Shown piece by piece: positions 39,458-49,821 of a DNA stretch of 64,000 nucleotides. Position numbers and translations under genes: made by a program. Each line of letters opens with the position of its first letter. The first letter of the stretch is position 1. The stretch covers positions 16,984-80,983 of the forward strand of contig JAHLWS010000067.1 in NCBI GenBank assembly GCA_019057795.1, written 5' to 3'. Source of the stretch: Promethearchaeota archaeon (GTDB lineage: Archaea; Asgardarchaeota; Lokiarchaeia; Sigyniarchaeales; SOKP01). A model generated the notes under the pieces. It was not told the DNA's origin and did not search any database. It worked only from the letters and a program-made list of their open reading frames with translations.

Positions 39458-39990
39458 TTTTCATCATCCTCTTCTTTTTTTATTAAATTCCCTAGTCCGG
39501 TCTCTTTTATTATGAATTGAATCTCATCTAAGTTAGGACCTACGATATTTGGTAAGTCCATTTTGTTTCTCCTTCTGTCTATAGTAGTTTTCATACCACC
39601 TGTATATGGTATTACAAAACCATTAGTATAAATCGTATTTATCGTAACAGAATATTCTATCGGCACATTTCCTTCTTTCACTGCCATGTTTCTTAGAAGC
39701 GCTAAGATAAACGAATAATCTACATTCTTTGGACATCTTTCTGTGCACCGATGGCATAGTGAGCACGTCCATATAGCGTTGCTCGATAAAACTTCTTCTC
39801 TCAATCCTAAAAGGCATGAAGCAACAACTCTATGAGGTTGTAAATCGACATATTCCGTTACTGTGCAACCAGAGCTACATACTCCGCATTGAATACACTT
39901 TAATAAAGATTTTGCCCCCACTTTTTCGCTAATTTCGTACCTAAAATTGTTATCTAAATCTTTAGCTTGTTTTACAACATTATCAGACAT
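39454..39990 (-). CDS. hdrC: Heterodisulfide reductase subunit C
   Basis: CIQCGVCSSGC, WTCSLCHRCTERCP. Confidence 0.9.
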   Translation of the reverse strand: MSDNVVKQAKDLDNNFRYEISEKVGAKSLLKCIQCGVCSSGCTVTEYVDLQPHRVVASCLLGLREEVLSSNAIWTCSLCHRCTERCPKNVDYSFILALLRNMAVKEGNVPIEYSVTINTIYTNGFVIPYTGGMKTTIDRRRNKMDLPNIVGPNLDEIQFIIKETGLGNLIKKEEDDEK

Positions 39991-39993
39991 TTT

Positions 39994-42900
39994 TTAAGCA
40001 CCCTCCTTAGCTTTTTCTTTTTTTTCAATTTTATCACCTGTTTTACTTAGTGGTCCAAGTTCTTTTACTTTATTAACGAATTCGGTAATGACTTGAGAGA
40101 AACGTTTACCTTCGCTAGCTGATATCCATTCAAGTCGGTAACGTTCAGGATTAATTCCTACACTTTCTAATGTTTCTTGAATCTCATTGTAACGCCTTAA
40201 CATGTCGTAATTGCCTTCTATATAGTGACAATCTCCAATGTGGCATCCGCCAATTAACACTCCGTCGGCACCTTCCAAAAATGCTTGTAATATGAAACTT
40301 TTAGGAATTCTTCCAGTACACATAACTCTAATAGGTCTAATATTAGGGGGATATTGAAATCTACTTACACCACAAGTATCTGCTCCCGCATAGCTACACC
40401 AATTGCATAAGAAAGCTACAATCCTAGGTCTTTCGTCTATAAAATCTCCTTTAACTGCTTCTGTAATCATTGGGTATATTTGATCGTCAGCAAAATGTTG
40501 CATAGTAATTGCCCCTGCAGGACACGCTGCCGAACAATCTCCACACCCTTTACACAATAAAGGGTTAGACTCTGAAACCAACACTTCGTTATCGAAATTG
40601 ACTCCAATAGCTCCGAAGTTACATACCTCCTCGCATTTTTGACAGGCTATACATAATGCCGGGTTAACAATTGAAACCAGTGGTTCGTTTTCTACCTCTC
40701 CAGAAATCAACGGGATTAGCGCATGAGCAGCAGCAGCTCGTCCTTGAGATATTGAATCAGCAATACCTTTTGGACCGTGAGCAGTACCAGCTAAATAAAT
40801 TCCATCAGTCGCAAAATCAACGGGTCTTAATTTTACATGAGCTTCTAAAAAGAACCCTTTTTGGTCTCTGGCGCACTTTATGAATTCTCCAAGTTTTTTA
40901 GTATCATAGGGTACTAAAGGCGTTGACAGGACTACCTTGTCGGCTTCGATGTTAAGAGTTATTTGAGTTAAAATATCGTTAACCTTGACATTAATTTTTC
41001 CATTAACGAGATCAACTTCGGGGTAATCGTTAAATCGAATGTAGTTGATATTTTCACGAGCTTTCCAGTAATATTGTTCTTCATCAGTTCCTACGCGTAT
41101 ATCTCTATAGAGAACGTAGATTTGCGAATTAGGGTAATTTTCTTTTATGTATAAAGCGTGTCTTATAGATTCAGAGCAACATATTAAGGAACAGTAAGTA
41201 ACTCCATTACCGCCTTCAGGTTGTCGCGAAGCAACGCAGTGAATAAAGACGAAAGTCTCGCCATCCTTTAGTTCATCGTCTCTTAACTTTTGAGATAGTT
41301 CTAGTTGAGTCATTATTCTCTCATCTTCCCCGTAATGGTACCAACCTTTTGGTTTATATTCGTAAGCGCCAGTAGCTGCGATTATAACTCCAACATTTAA
41401 ATCTGTGCTATTCTCATCAGTTAAATTTTTAACTTTGATGTTAAAATCTCCTATTGAACCCTTAACCTCTACAACTTCGGAATTTAAGTAAGCCGTGAGA
41501 TTTTTTAACCCGTTAAATTCTTTAAGCCTCTCTTCTAAAAACTGTTTTGAGTCAATTCTATCGAAATTAAGCTTATAAATAAGGTTTAATTGCCCACCTA
41601 ATTTGTCGTCTTTCTCTATAAGGTGTACTTTGAAGCCTTTTTTGGCAATTTCCATAGCAGCAGACATTCCAGCGATACCTCCACCGATTATTAACGCCTC
41701 TGGGACAACATCTCCCTTAATTCTAATTTCTGATTTTTGAAATCGTACACGCGCTACGCCCATTCTTATTAGATCTTTTGCTTTATCTGTCGCCTTTTCA
41801 TATTCCTTCATATGAACCCAAGAATCTAATTCCCGAATACTTACGAAATTAAATAAATATTCGTTTAGTCCTGCTTCTCGAATAGTTTTTTGAAATAATG
41901 GTTCGTGAGTTCTTGGTGTGCACGCAGCAACTATTACCCGGTTTAAGTCTAATTCCACAATCTTTTCCTTAATAATGTCTTGTGTGAGACTTGAACAACT
42001 ATATTTGTTGTCCATCGAGAAAACTACATTTGGAAGCGTTTTGGAATACTCAACAAGCGCCGGAATATCCATATAACCCCCTATATTTACTCCACACTTA
42101 CAAACAAATACTCCTATTCTTGGTTCGTCTCTGGGATTTACTACTTTTAAGGGAGGCAAAATAACCTCTAATTCTTCAGGACTTAAAGGAACGGCATGCA
42201 CAGCGCCTAAAGCCGCTGCCCCTCCAGCTTTTGCTACTGAATTAGCTATGTCGTCAGGGGATTGACAAGAACCAGATACATAAATCCCATCCCGAGTAGA
42301 CCGTAGATCTTCGGTCGAATTTTTTGTTTTAAAAAACCCTAATTCGTTTGTTTCAATCCCTAACATTTCGGCAAGCTTTTCGGTTCCCTTACGGGGGATC
42401 ACTGCGTTTGCCAACACAACCAAATCAAATTCACTAGTTTCAACGTCTCCCGTATCTAGGTTCGCGTGTTTTACAAAAAGGTTATGATTCTCGGGATTTT
42501 CTCGAATATCACCGGGAATGCCGCGATAATAAATTAATTTGTATTCATCTTTTGCTCTTTCAATGAATTCTTCTTGATTTTTTCCGATTACACGAGTATC
42601 GTTGAAAAATATCGTCACATTTGTGTCTGGAGCGTGTTCTCGAGTGACAACCCCTTCTTTGGCCATATACATACAACAGAATTTCGAACAATAAGCACAT
42701 AAATCCTCATTTCGAGAACCAACGCACCCAATAAAACCAATTTCGTGGGCGTGTTTTTTATCTGAGGGTCTAAGCAATTGTCCTTCAGTAGGACCAGATG
42801 CGCTTAATAAACGTTCATATTGCATTGCTGTAATAACATTAGGATACTCTCCGTAATGGTATCTATCTATTGGTGTTGGATCTAATAGGTCTATTCCTGT

Positions 42901-43479
42901 AGCAACAATAATTGATGCCACATTATACTCAACTACTTCGTCTTTCATATCCCAAGTAATAGCTTCAGCTTCACACTCTTTTTCGCATAATAGGCACGCA
43001 TCTTTCGTTAGATATAGACATTTTTCAGCATCAATGATTGCCTTTCTTGGTACGGCTTGTGGAAAAGGGATATATATTGCTGTGCGGTTTCCCATTCCTT
43101 CTTCGAACTCGCTCGAAATCTTTTTCATGGGGCACTTTTCCATACAAGCGCCGCAACCTGTACATTTATCCCAATCAACATATCGTGCTTTTTTAACGAT
43201 CTTTACTTTAAAATTACCTGCTTCGCCAGATACTTCTTGAACTTCCGAATACATGAGAAGTTCTACATTAGGATGTCTAGCTACTTCCACCATTTTTGGT
43301 GCTAAAATACAAATCGAACAATCTAAGGTTGGAAATGTTTTATCAAGTTGAGCCATACGTCCACCAACCGAGGATGTTTTTTCGACTAGAATTACTTTAT
43401 AACCTTGCTCACCCAAAGTAAGGCTGGCTTCAATTCCCGAAATTCCTGCTCCTATTACCATTATATTACTATTTGGCAT
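39994..43479 (-). CDS. hdrA: Large HdrA-like flavoprotein (two FAD modules) fused to MvhD
   Basis: GAGISG...DKTFPTLDCSICI; second module PRIGVFVCKCG...ACTPRTHE...GGGIAG; EAHVKLRPVDF; C-terminal MvhD FLCNWCSYAGAD...RVMCTGR...GCHIGDCHY...WISASE. Confidence 0.9.
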   Translation of the reverse strand: MPNSNIMVIGAGISGIEASLTLGEQGYKVILVEKTSSVGGRMAQLDKTFPTLDCSICILAPKMVEVARHPNVELLMYSEVQEVSGEAGNFKVKIVKKARYVDWDKCTGCGACMEKCPMKKISSEFEEGMGNRTAIYIPFPQAVPRKAIIDAEKCLYLTKDACLLCEKECEAEAITWDMKDEVVEYNVASIIVATGIDLLDPTPIDRYHYGEYPNVITAMQYERLLSASGPTEGQLLRPSDKKHAHEIGFIGCVGSRNEDLCAYCSKFCCMYMAKEGVVTREHAPDTNVTIFFNDTRVIGKNQEEFIERAKDEYKLIYYRGIPGDIRENPENHNLFVKHANLDTGDVETSEFDLVVLANAVIPRKGTEKLAEMLGIETNELGFFKTKNSTEDLRSTRDGIYVSGSCQSPDDIANSVAKAGGAAALGAVHAVPLSPEELEVILPPLKVVNPRDEPRIGVFVCKCGVNIGGYMDIPALVEYSKTLPNVVFSMDNKYSCSSLTQDIIKEKIVELDLNRVIVAACTPRTHEPLFQKTIREAGLNEYLFNFVSIRELDSWVHMKEYEKATDKAKDLIRMGVARVRFQKSEIRIKGDVVPEALIIGGGIAGMSAAMEIAKKGFKVHLIEKDDKLGGQLNLIYKLNFDRIDSKQFLEERLKEFNGLKNLTAYLNSEVVEVKGSIGDFNIKVKNLTDENSTDLNVGVIIAATGAYEYKPKGWYHYGEDERIMTQLELSQKLRDDELKDGETFVFIHCVASRQPEGGNGVTYCSLICCSESIRHALYIKENYPNSQIYVLYRDIRVGTDEEQYYWKARENINYIRFNDYPEVDLVNGKINVKVNDILTQITLNIEADKVVLSTPLVPYDTKKLGEFIKCARDQKGFFLEAHVKLRPVDFATDGIYLAGTAHGPKGIADSISQGRAAAAHALIPLISGEVENEPLVSIVNPALCIACQKCEEVCNFGAIGVNFDNEVLVSESNPLLCKGCGDCSAACPAGAITMQHFADDQIYPMITEAVKGDFIDERPRIVAFLCNWCSYAGADTCGVSRFQYPPNIRPIRVMCTGRIPKSFILQAFLEGADGVLIGGCHIGDCHYIEGNYDMLRRYNEIQETLESVGINPERYRLEWISASEGKRFSQVITEFVNKVKELGPLSKTGDKIEKKEKAKEGA

Positions 43480-44060
43480 AATTTTTTCTTCAGTTTTTGA
43501 TTATTTTTTTAATATTTTTTTATTAATTTTCGTTGCTTATCTAAAATTAATTGTCCTTTTTGAAAATAATTGTTTATATTATAAACTTATATTTTTATAA
43601 TTTACTTAATAGGTTAAGAATATATATAAATATTTCTCTGTTTGACGAAAATGACAAGTTTTTTGTTGAAGATTTACAAAAAAAAAGCTTTATTGATCAA
43701 AATTCTGAACAATTCTTTCTTATTTTAATAAATTTTTGCTCAAAAAGTGTCAATTTGGCAATAGAGCGTTTCTTCTCTAAGAAAATTGATGACATTTTCG
43801 TTAATTTTACGATTATTAAGATTTCAGATACCTAAATAGTTAAAAAAAATAATAAATAATAACAAGTTGATAGCGCTTATCAAAATGTTATAAAAATTAA
43901 TAGAAGATAGTAGAAATCGATTTAATTTTTTCTAAAAGTATAAAGTCATGTTATATAGATATTAATCAATATAATAAAATAAAACAAGTTAATAATCAAA
44001 TAATAAACAATTAATACAATAAGAATCCGACAAAAGCTTTATTGGTACCTGTAGGATTCT

Positions 44061-44759
44061 ATGAATGTGCTGAAAATCATGAAAATAGTTGTGTCTGGCC
44101 CTCTCCATTGCGGAAAGTCAAGTTTTATCAAATTTTTAGATGAAAAAGCCTTAAATGTCGAAGCAAAAGCTAGGGATAATAAGTTTTATACGGTTGGAAT
44201 GGACTTAGGTGTGATTAGATTAAATGGGTTTGATGTCTTTTTATTTGGAACACCTGGTTTATTAAGATTCAAAGTTATGAGAGATGTAATCATTCAAGGG
44301 GCTGATGGGATTATTTTCATTTTTGATGCGGCTCATCCTGAAAAAGATGAAGATGCATTAATCATATTAAATGCCCTTAGAAAAACAATAGGAGTTGGTA
44401 CGCCAATAGTTTATTTAGCAAACAAGCAAGATATTGCTGGTGCGAGACACTCTGAGATAGTAAGATCACAGAATTACTTACACGACGACGCTATGATTTT
44501 TTCGACAAGCACAAGGACAGGAGAAAATTTAAAAGAATCTTTGAAATATCTTGTAAATCTGATATACGATAATTATTCTTCCCTCCTCACAGTACTTCGT
44601 TCATATGAAACAAATATTGAAGGATTGGCTGAAAAGTTAGAAAAAAATCCTGTTGAGATGAGAGATTTGTTAAACAACCTTGAAATAAAGAGGTTTATTG
44701 AGGTTGACAGGCTCAGAAGAACTTACAAAGTAAAACAAGGGTTAAAACTCTTGTTGTAA
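44061..44759 (+). CDS. Small GTPase (ATP_bind_1/CvnD-like) with a C-terminal wHTH
   Basis: GPLHCGKSS, TVGMDLG, FGTPG, NKQD; C-terminal IEGLAEKL...LNNLEIKRFIEV. Confidence 0.8.
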   Translation: MNVLKIMKIVVSGPLHCGKSSFIKFLDEKALNVEAKARDNKFYTVGMDLGVIRLNGFDVFLFGTPGLLRFKVMRDVIIQGADGIIFIFDAAHPEKDEDALIILNALRKTIGVGTPIVYLANKQDIAGARHSEIVRSQNYLHDDAMIFSTSTRTGENLKESLKYLVNLIYDNYSSLLTVLRSYETNIEGLAEKLEKNPVEMRDLLNNLEIKRFIEVDRLRRTYKVKQGLKLLL

Positions 44760-44814
44760 AGTTTGGAGTTTATTTTTTAGCCATATAATCTGTTTTTTGA
44801 TAATTAATTTACTT

Positions 44815-46707
44815 TTACGCCAAATCAGAAGGCAAGATATCATCTTTACCGTATTTTTTCCATAATTTATTTAATTCTGATCTTTGTTTAGTATGAACTT
44901 CCCAGAAAAATCTTGGAATATCTTTTTCTGCCTTATACATTTCTTCCATGCGATCCAATTTATCAAGCAATTTTTTGATTTTTAACTTAAATTGCTCTGT
45001 GTAATCTTCTTGAGAATAATCTTTATCTAATTCTAATTTAAACAATGCTTTCAGATCTTTATATTTCGGAAGATATCCAATCGGTGTTTCAATCGCACCG
45101 AAGTCTCCTTGAGTACGGCCTTCCGCCCAAATAACCCATACTTTCTTATCCAACATGCCATTTAGATACTTACTTTCTTTATTTTTAAGAAAATAATTAG
45201 TAGAGAATACTTTTGGACAATGTTTTAATTTCTTGCCAAATTTTTGGTGATTTTTTAAGTACTTTCCCAATGGCACAACTAGAAAATCTAAATTTGCCAT
45301 TGGACTAGCTTTTCTAACGCCTACCGCACCAAGAGTAGCTGAAGTTGTTTCAGATTCAATAGTTGCCCCCATAAAAATTCCATATTCCCAACTTAAGCTT
45401 TCAACAACAGGAGGCATTGTATCCGAATCTCTACCACCATAGAGGATGCCGTGAATGGGTACGCCATTAGGGTCTTCTAATTTGGGATCGCAATTAGATA
45501 GGTCAGTAAGATTTATTGTATACCTGGCATTTGGATGGGCGAGAAGGATATTATTCCCATTTTCGTCAGTTTTTCCTTCAAACCAACTGCCAGAATAATT
45601 AAAGCCTTCTTTAGGGTGATCTTTTCCCATCCCAAGCCAATATGGTTTTCCGTCCTTTATGAGAACATTAGAATAAATTAATTCTCTTGGCGTTATAAGA
45701 GCTTCGTAAATTACGGGATCGTCTTTAGGATTTACATCTTTTATAATTCCAAATATTCCCTTTTCTATATTAACAGCATGTGTATAACCATCTTCCCAGC
45801 TACGAAGGTATGCAATATCGTCTCCAACAATTAGTTGTCCCGGAAGCATAGCTGTTGAAGTTTTTCCACAAGCACTTGGATAAGCCCCAGAAAAATAAGT
45901 AGTGCGATTTTTTCCTGTAGGACGAACCCCCAATATGAAATAATGTTCTGTAAGCCAATCTTCATTATTTGCCTTATTTATTGCTAATCGTAGAGCTAAT
46001 TTCTTTAATCCTAAAGAGTTGCCTGCGTATTGATTGTTTACGGACAAAACCCGATCTTCTTGTAAATCTACATATATGCGACGTTTATTGAAATTTTTAG
46101 TAACTGGAGGATCTCCATCGAGTTCACCGGCAGAATGGATGAAGTAAAAGAAGTCATCAGAACCATTAAGATCTTTGAATTCTTCGTAGCCGACACGATA
46201 CAAAAGGTCTTCTGAATGTGCGACATAAAACGAATCCGTGAGTTGTAGAGCTCCGATTGTAAATTTAGAATTTAGAGGACCAAGGCAGAAAAATCTTACA
46301 AGACATTCTTTTCCTTTCATACATCCATCCATAATTTCTAATACTTCTTTGAGTCCTTCATCCCTATCCATTGTATTTATCCAGGGACTCCTATATTCGC
46401 CTTTAGGAATTAGCACTTTAGTGTTTTCTTTATCTCTTGCTTGATCGTAAAAGCTATCGTAATGAATTGTATGTCCATTTATCTGAAGTTTAGTTTCTTC
46501 GTTGATGACGATGGCTTTTTGTCTCACATATTTGATATCTTCTTTAGAATCAGAAATTACTGTAACCTTACTAGGTTTACATAAGTCAACAAATTGCTTT
46601 ATAATCTTTAACACGTGTTCATTCTTCAAATTAAACAATTTTTCGACGTCATCTTGAGATATTAAATCTCTGTCCGCAAAATTTACAAAATCTTTTGTAA
46701 TGTCCAT
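44815..46707 (-). CDS. pckG: Phosphoenolpyruvate carboxykinase (GTP)
   Basis: YAGNSLGLKK, GAYPSACGKTSTAM, VGDDIAY, HPNARY. Confidence 0.95.
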   Translation of the reverse strand: MDITKDFVNFADRDLISQDDVEKLFNLKNEHVLKIIKQFVDLCKPSKVTVISDSKEDIKYVRQKAIVINEETKLQINGHTIHYDSFYDQARDKENTKVLIPKGEYRSPWINTMDRDEGLKEVLEIMDGCMKGKECLVRFFCLGPLNSKFTIGALQLTDSFYVAHSEDLLYRVGYEEFKDLNGSDDFFYFIHSAGELDGDPPVTKNFNKRRIYVDLQEDRVLSVNNQYAGNSLGLKKLALRLAINKANNEDWLTEHYFILGVRPTGKNRTTYFSGAYPSACGKTSTAMLPGQLIVGDDIAYLRSWEDGYTHAVNIEKGIFGIIKDVNPKDDPVIYEALITPRELIYSNVLIKDGKPYWLGMGKDHPKEGFNYSGSWFEGKTDENGNNILLAHPNARYTINLTDLSNCDPKLEDPNGVPIHGILYGGRDSDTMPPVVESLSWEYGIFMGATIESETTSATLGAVGVRKASPMANLDFLVVPLGKYLKNHQKFGKKLKHCPKVFSTNYFLKNKESKYLNGMLDKKVWVIWAEGRTQGDFGAIETPIGYLPKYKDLKALFKLELDKDYSQEDYTEQFKLKIKKLLDKLDRMEEMYKAEKDIPRFFWEVHTKQRSELNKLWKKYGKDDILPSDLA

Positions 46708-46868
46708 CTTAATTCATTTAAAAAATATTTTTAGTTTATGGATAAAAAAGTGAAATTTTTATTAAAAATCTTTTTGAAGTTAGTGAAAAATTGAAAAATT
46801 TTTAAATAATATTCTAAAATAAACGAAAAGAAGAAAAAAATTAAGAAAAAAATGAAGTAATTTACATT

Positions 46869-48455
46869 TTATAATCCAGGAAGTTTAGAGCCTTTAGCGC
46901 TGATAATTCTATCTACTCTTAAAATTAAATTTGCTAATTCACTTCCCGCTTTGATTACATGACTAATAAGAGCAGCGGGTTCAACTATCCCTTTTTCAAA
47001 ATTATCTTCGATCTTATTGGATATAGTATCAATTCCAACCCATTTTTCGTTATCTGTTTTGTGAGCAGCGCGTAATTCCGTCATATTCTCAATTTCATCT
47101 AACCCAGCGTTTTTGATCAGAGTTTTTGGAATTTCTTCTAATGCTATAGCAAAGGCGTTTACGGCAAGTTGTTCTTTACCGCTAATTTGATTCGCATATT
47201 CTCTTAGTCTCTTCGCAAGCTCGATATATATGGCGCCACCACCAGCAACCACGGCTTCTGTGTCCATTACTTTAGCAACTACTGAGAGAACATCGTGTAG
47301 GGTAATTTCTGCGGAATCTAGAATTTTCTCTAAGCCTCCTTTTAGTAATATTGATACTGACTTAGGGTTTTTACATCCACTAAATAAAACATAATCGTTG
47401 TTAGCAAGTTTTTCAAATTTTACTTTTTCTGCAAACCCTAAATCTTCTTCGGATAAGGAGTGGAGATCAACAATTTTTTTCGCTCCAGTAGCTTTTGTTA
47501 CGGCTTTTATGTCTGAATCACCGAGATTTTTTATCGCAACGATTCCTTCTTTCGCCAAATAAGCACCGAATTTATCGGAAATGTCTTGATTATTAACGAT
47601 CATATTCACTCCTAAATCTTTAAAGATTTTTAAGTAATCTAGCAGGATTTTTTCTTCTTGATCGAGAAACTTTTGAATGTCAGCGGGGTTAGATATTCTA
47701 ATTTGGGAATCGAATTCTGTTTTAACAACATCTAATTTTCTTTTAATAACAGCTATTTTCGCGTTTTTTACTACTTCGGGCATGGCGGGATTGACTCGTT
47801 CTTTCTCAATGTAGACTCCATTTATTAACTCTGATTCTCGGAGCGATTTTCCAGGTATCTTAATAATTAATACATTCCCTACTTTCGAAAAAGTATCTTT
47901 GGCGTCTCCCTTTACGTGTTTTATAGCTTGTAAAGTTAATTCTGAAAAATAATCTTTTACCCCTACAATATCTTTAGCATTCATAGCAGTTTTAGCGATA
48001 TTAATAAGAATTTTATCATCGTCTTGAGATATTTTAACAGCGATCTCATTTAGAATCTCTAAAGATTTATTTGCTGCCATGCGGAATCCTTGAGTAATAG
48101 GTTTTGGATGTATGCCTTGTTCAATTAATTCTAGAGCGTTTCCCAATAAAGAAGCTGAGAAGATGACAACTGTAGTAGTGCCATCACCGATATCGTCGTC
48201 AATCGATTTGGCTACATTTACCATCATATTCGCAGCAACATTATCAATATCAAGCTTCTTTAATATTTCGGCGCCATCATTCGTTATCGTTACGTCTCCT
48301 ACAGAATCTACAATCATTTTATTCATGCCTTTTGGTCCAAGTGTAGATTTTACGGATTCGGTAATCGCTAGAATCGCATTTATGTTTTGCATTCGAGCTT
48401 CTTTCTCTTTAGTTTCCTCAGTTCCTTCTTTTAATATAATTATTGGTACAGACAT
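46869..48455 (-). CDS. ths: Thermosome (group II chaperonin) subunit
   Basis: STLGPKGMNKM, TNDGAEIL, GDGTTT, GGGA, GIVEP. Confidence 0.9.
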   Translation of the reverse strand: MSVPIIILKEGTEETKEKEARMQNINAILAITESVKSTLGPKGMNKMIVDSVGDVTITNDGAEILKKLDIDNVAANMMVNVAKSIDDDIGDGTTTVVIFSASLLGNALELIEQGIHPKPITQGFRMAANKSLEILNEIAVKISQDDDKILINIAKTAMNAKDIVGVKDYFSELTLQAIKHVKGDAKDTFSKVGNVLIIKIPGKSLRESELINGVYIEKERVNPAMPEVVKNAKIAVIKRKLDVVKTEFDSQIRISNPADIQKFLDQEEKILLDYLKIFKDLGVNMIVNNQDISDKFGAYLAKEGIVAIKNLGDSDIKAVTKATGAKKIVDLHSLSEEDLGFAEKVKFEKLANNDYVLFSGCKNPKSVSILLKGGLEKILDSAEITLHDVLSVVAKVMDTEAVVAGGGAIYIELAKRLREYANQISGKEQLAVNAFAIALEEIPKTLIKNAGLDEIENMTELRAAHKTDNEKWVGIDTISNKIEDNFEKGIVEPAALISHVIKAGSELANLILRVDRIISAKGSKLPGL

Positions 48456-48564
48456 TATCTTATGTTTTTTTTTTATTTTTAATATATAGAAATATAAGAA
48501 GAATTCAATAATAATTTTATGATTTGGAGATCATTTAAATGTAAAACATTTCAATAACAAAAAT

Positions 48565-48629
48565 TATAAATTTTACAATAAATACTAAATTGTTGTAATA
48601 TAAATTTTACAATAAATATTGAATTGTTG
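48565..48629. repeat. Tandem 31-bp direct repeat (period 34), each unit containing ACAAT-N9-ATTGT; probable Lrp operators
   Basis: TATAAATTTTACAATAAATACTAAATTGTTG (48565-48595) and TATAAATTTTACAATAAATATTGAATTGTTG (48599-48629) lie between the divergent ths and Lrp genes. Confidence 0.75.
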
Positions 48630-48673
48630 AACAATTTTAAAGAATATATCGCTCTTTTTGGTTTTGTTTAAAA

Positions 48674-49132
48674 ATGAAAAAAGAAAAGATATTGGATGAT
48701 ATCGACAAGGAAATCTTAAAAATCTTGCAAGAAAACGCTAAAACATCTTATCGAGTTATTCAAGATAAGTTAAACATCTCTATCGGCACTATTCATAATA
48801 GAATAGCGAAACTCGAAAAAAATGGTATAATAGAGGGTTATACTCTTAAACTCAACAACGAAAAGCTCGGTTATAAGTTAACATTTTTAATAAGAATACA
48901 AATTGATGGTAAACACACAGCTGAAATTTTGGACCAAATATCAAAAATACCGGAGGTTTGTTCTGTCTTTCATACTACAGGGGAGCAATCCGCTGCTTTA
49001 ATTTGCCGTTTTAAAGAAGCAGAAGATGTCCATCATTTTATTAGGGTGTTGAATGAAAAAGAATATGTAACGAAGACTATTTCTAATATGGTTCTAAAAG
49101 AATACCGCCCTCGTTCAGGTATTCAATTTTAA
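48674..49132 (+). CDS. Lrp/AsnC transcriptional regulator
   Basis: LDDIDKEILKILQENAK...ISIGTIHNRIAKLEKNGIIEGY. Confidence 0.9.
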   Translation: MKKEKILDDIDKEILKILQENAKTSYRVIQDKLNISIGTIHNRIAKLEKNGIIEGYTLKLNNEKLGYKLTFLIRIQIDGKHTAEILDQISKIPEVCSVFHTTGEQSAALICRFKEAEDVHHFIRVLNEKEYVTKTISNMVLKEYRPRSGIQF

Positions 49133-49195
49133 GACTGTAAGGTATGTAAAAAATTCACAATTGTTATTCTTTAGTAAAAGTAAAGACTATAAGAT

Positions 49196-49603
49196 CTAAT
49201 CCTTTTTATCTTCTGGTTTAAAATCTAAAGAAATTGAATTAATGCAATATCGTAAGCCTATAGGTTTAGGACCGTCGTCAAATACATGTCCCAAATGACC
49301 TCCACATTTATTGCATAATACTTCCTCTCTTTCCAGGCCTAAACTGAGATCTGACTCTATATCGACGTCTTTATTGCTTATAGGAACTGAAAAGCTAGGC
49401 CAACCGCAACCAGATGCGAATTGGGCTTTAGAATCAAATAGAGGAACCCCACACCCAGCACAATAATAAACGCCTTTTTCGCGATTATTCCAATATTTTC
49501 CTGAGAATGGTCGTTCGGTTCCTTTTAACCTTAACACTTGATACTGTTCTTTAGTTAATTTTTGCTTCCATTCGTCTTCAGATTTAGAATCTTTCGCGGT
49601 CAT
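49196..49603 (-). CDS. msrB: Peptide-methionine (R)-S-oxide reductase
   Basis: GTERPF, CAGC, GCGWPSF, CGGHLGHVF, RYCINS; start moved to ATG 49603. Confidence 0.95.
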   Translation of the reverse strand: MTAKDSKSEDEWKQKLTKEQYQVLRLKGTERPFSGKYWNNREKGVYYCAGCGVPLFDSKAQFASGCGWPSFSVPISNKDVDIESDLSLGLEREEVLCNKCGGHLGHVFDDGPKPIGLRYCINSISLDFKPEDKKD

Positions 49604-49821
49604 AACAATAAAAGAATAAGATCTAGATTTAATATACTTAGCGGTTATATCCACTTAATTAAATCCATATTCTATTATCAAAAGGAAGCTAAAAATTGCA
49701 TAAAGTGTTTAAAATATTATTCGAGCACTTAAATAGTTCTTAAAGTATCAAAATTTTTATTTGGTTTCTATTCTTTTAATTATCAATAATATACCTAAAA
49801 AAGCAAAAAAGAGAATTAAAA

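Noticed and set aside
39994-43479. Possible selenocysteine recoding in HdrA/MvhD (also checked for MsrB)
   Set aside because: The frames are uninterrupted with Cys at all motifs; no in-frame TGA is needed
43551-43835. 94-aa TTG ORF upstream of hdrA
   Set aside because: Low-complexity F/I/N/K translation of an AT-rich promoter region
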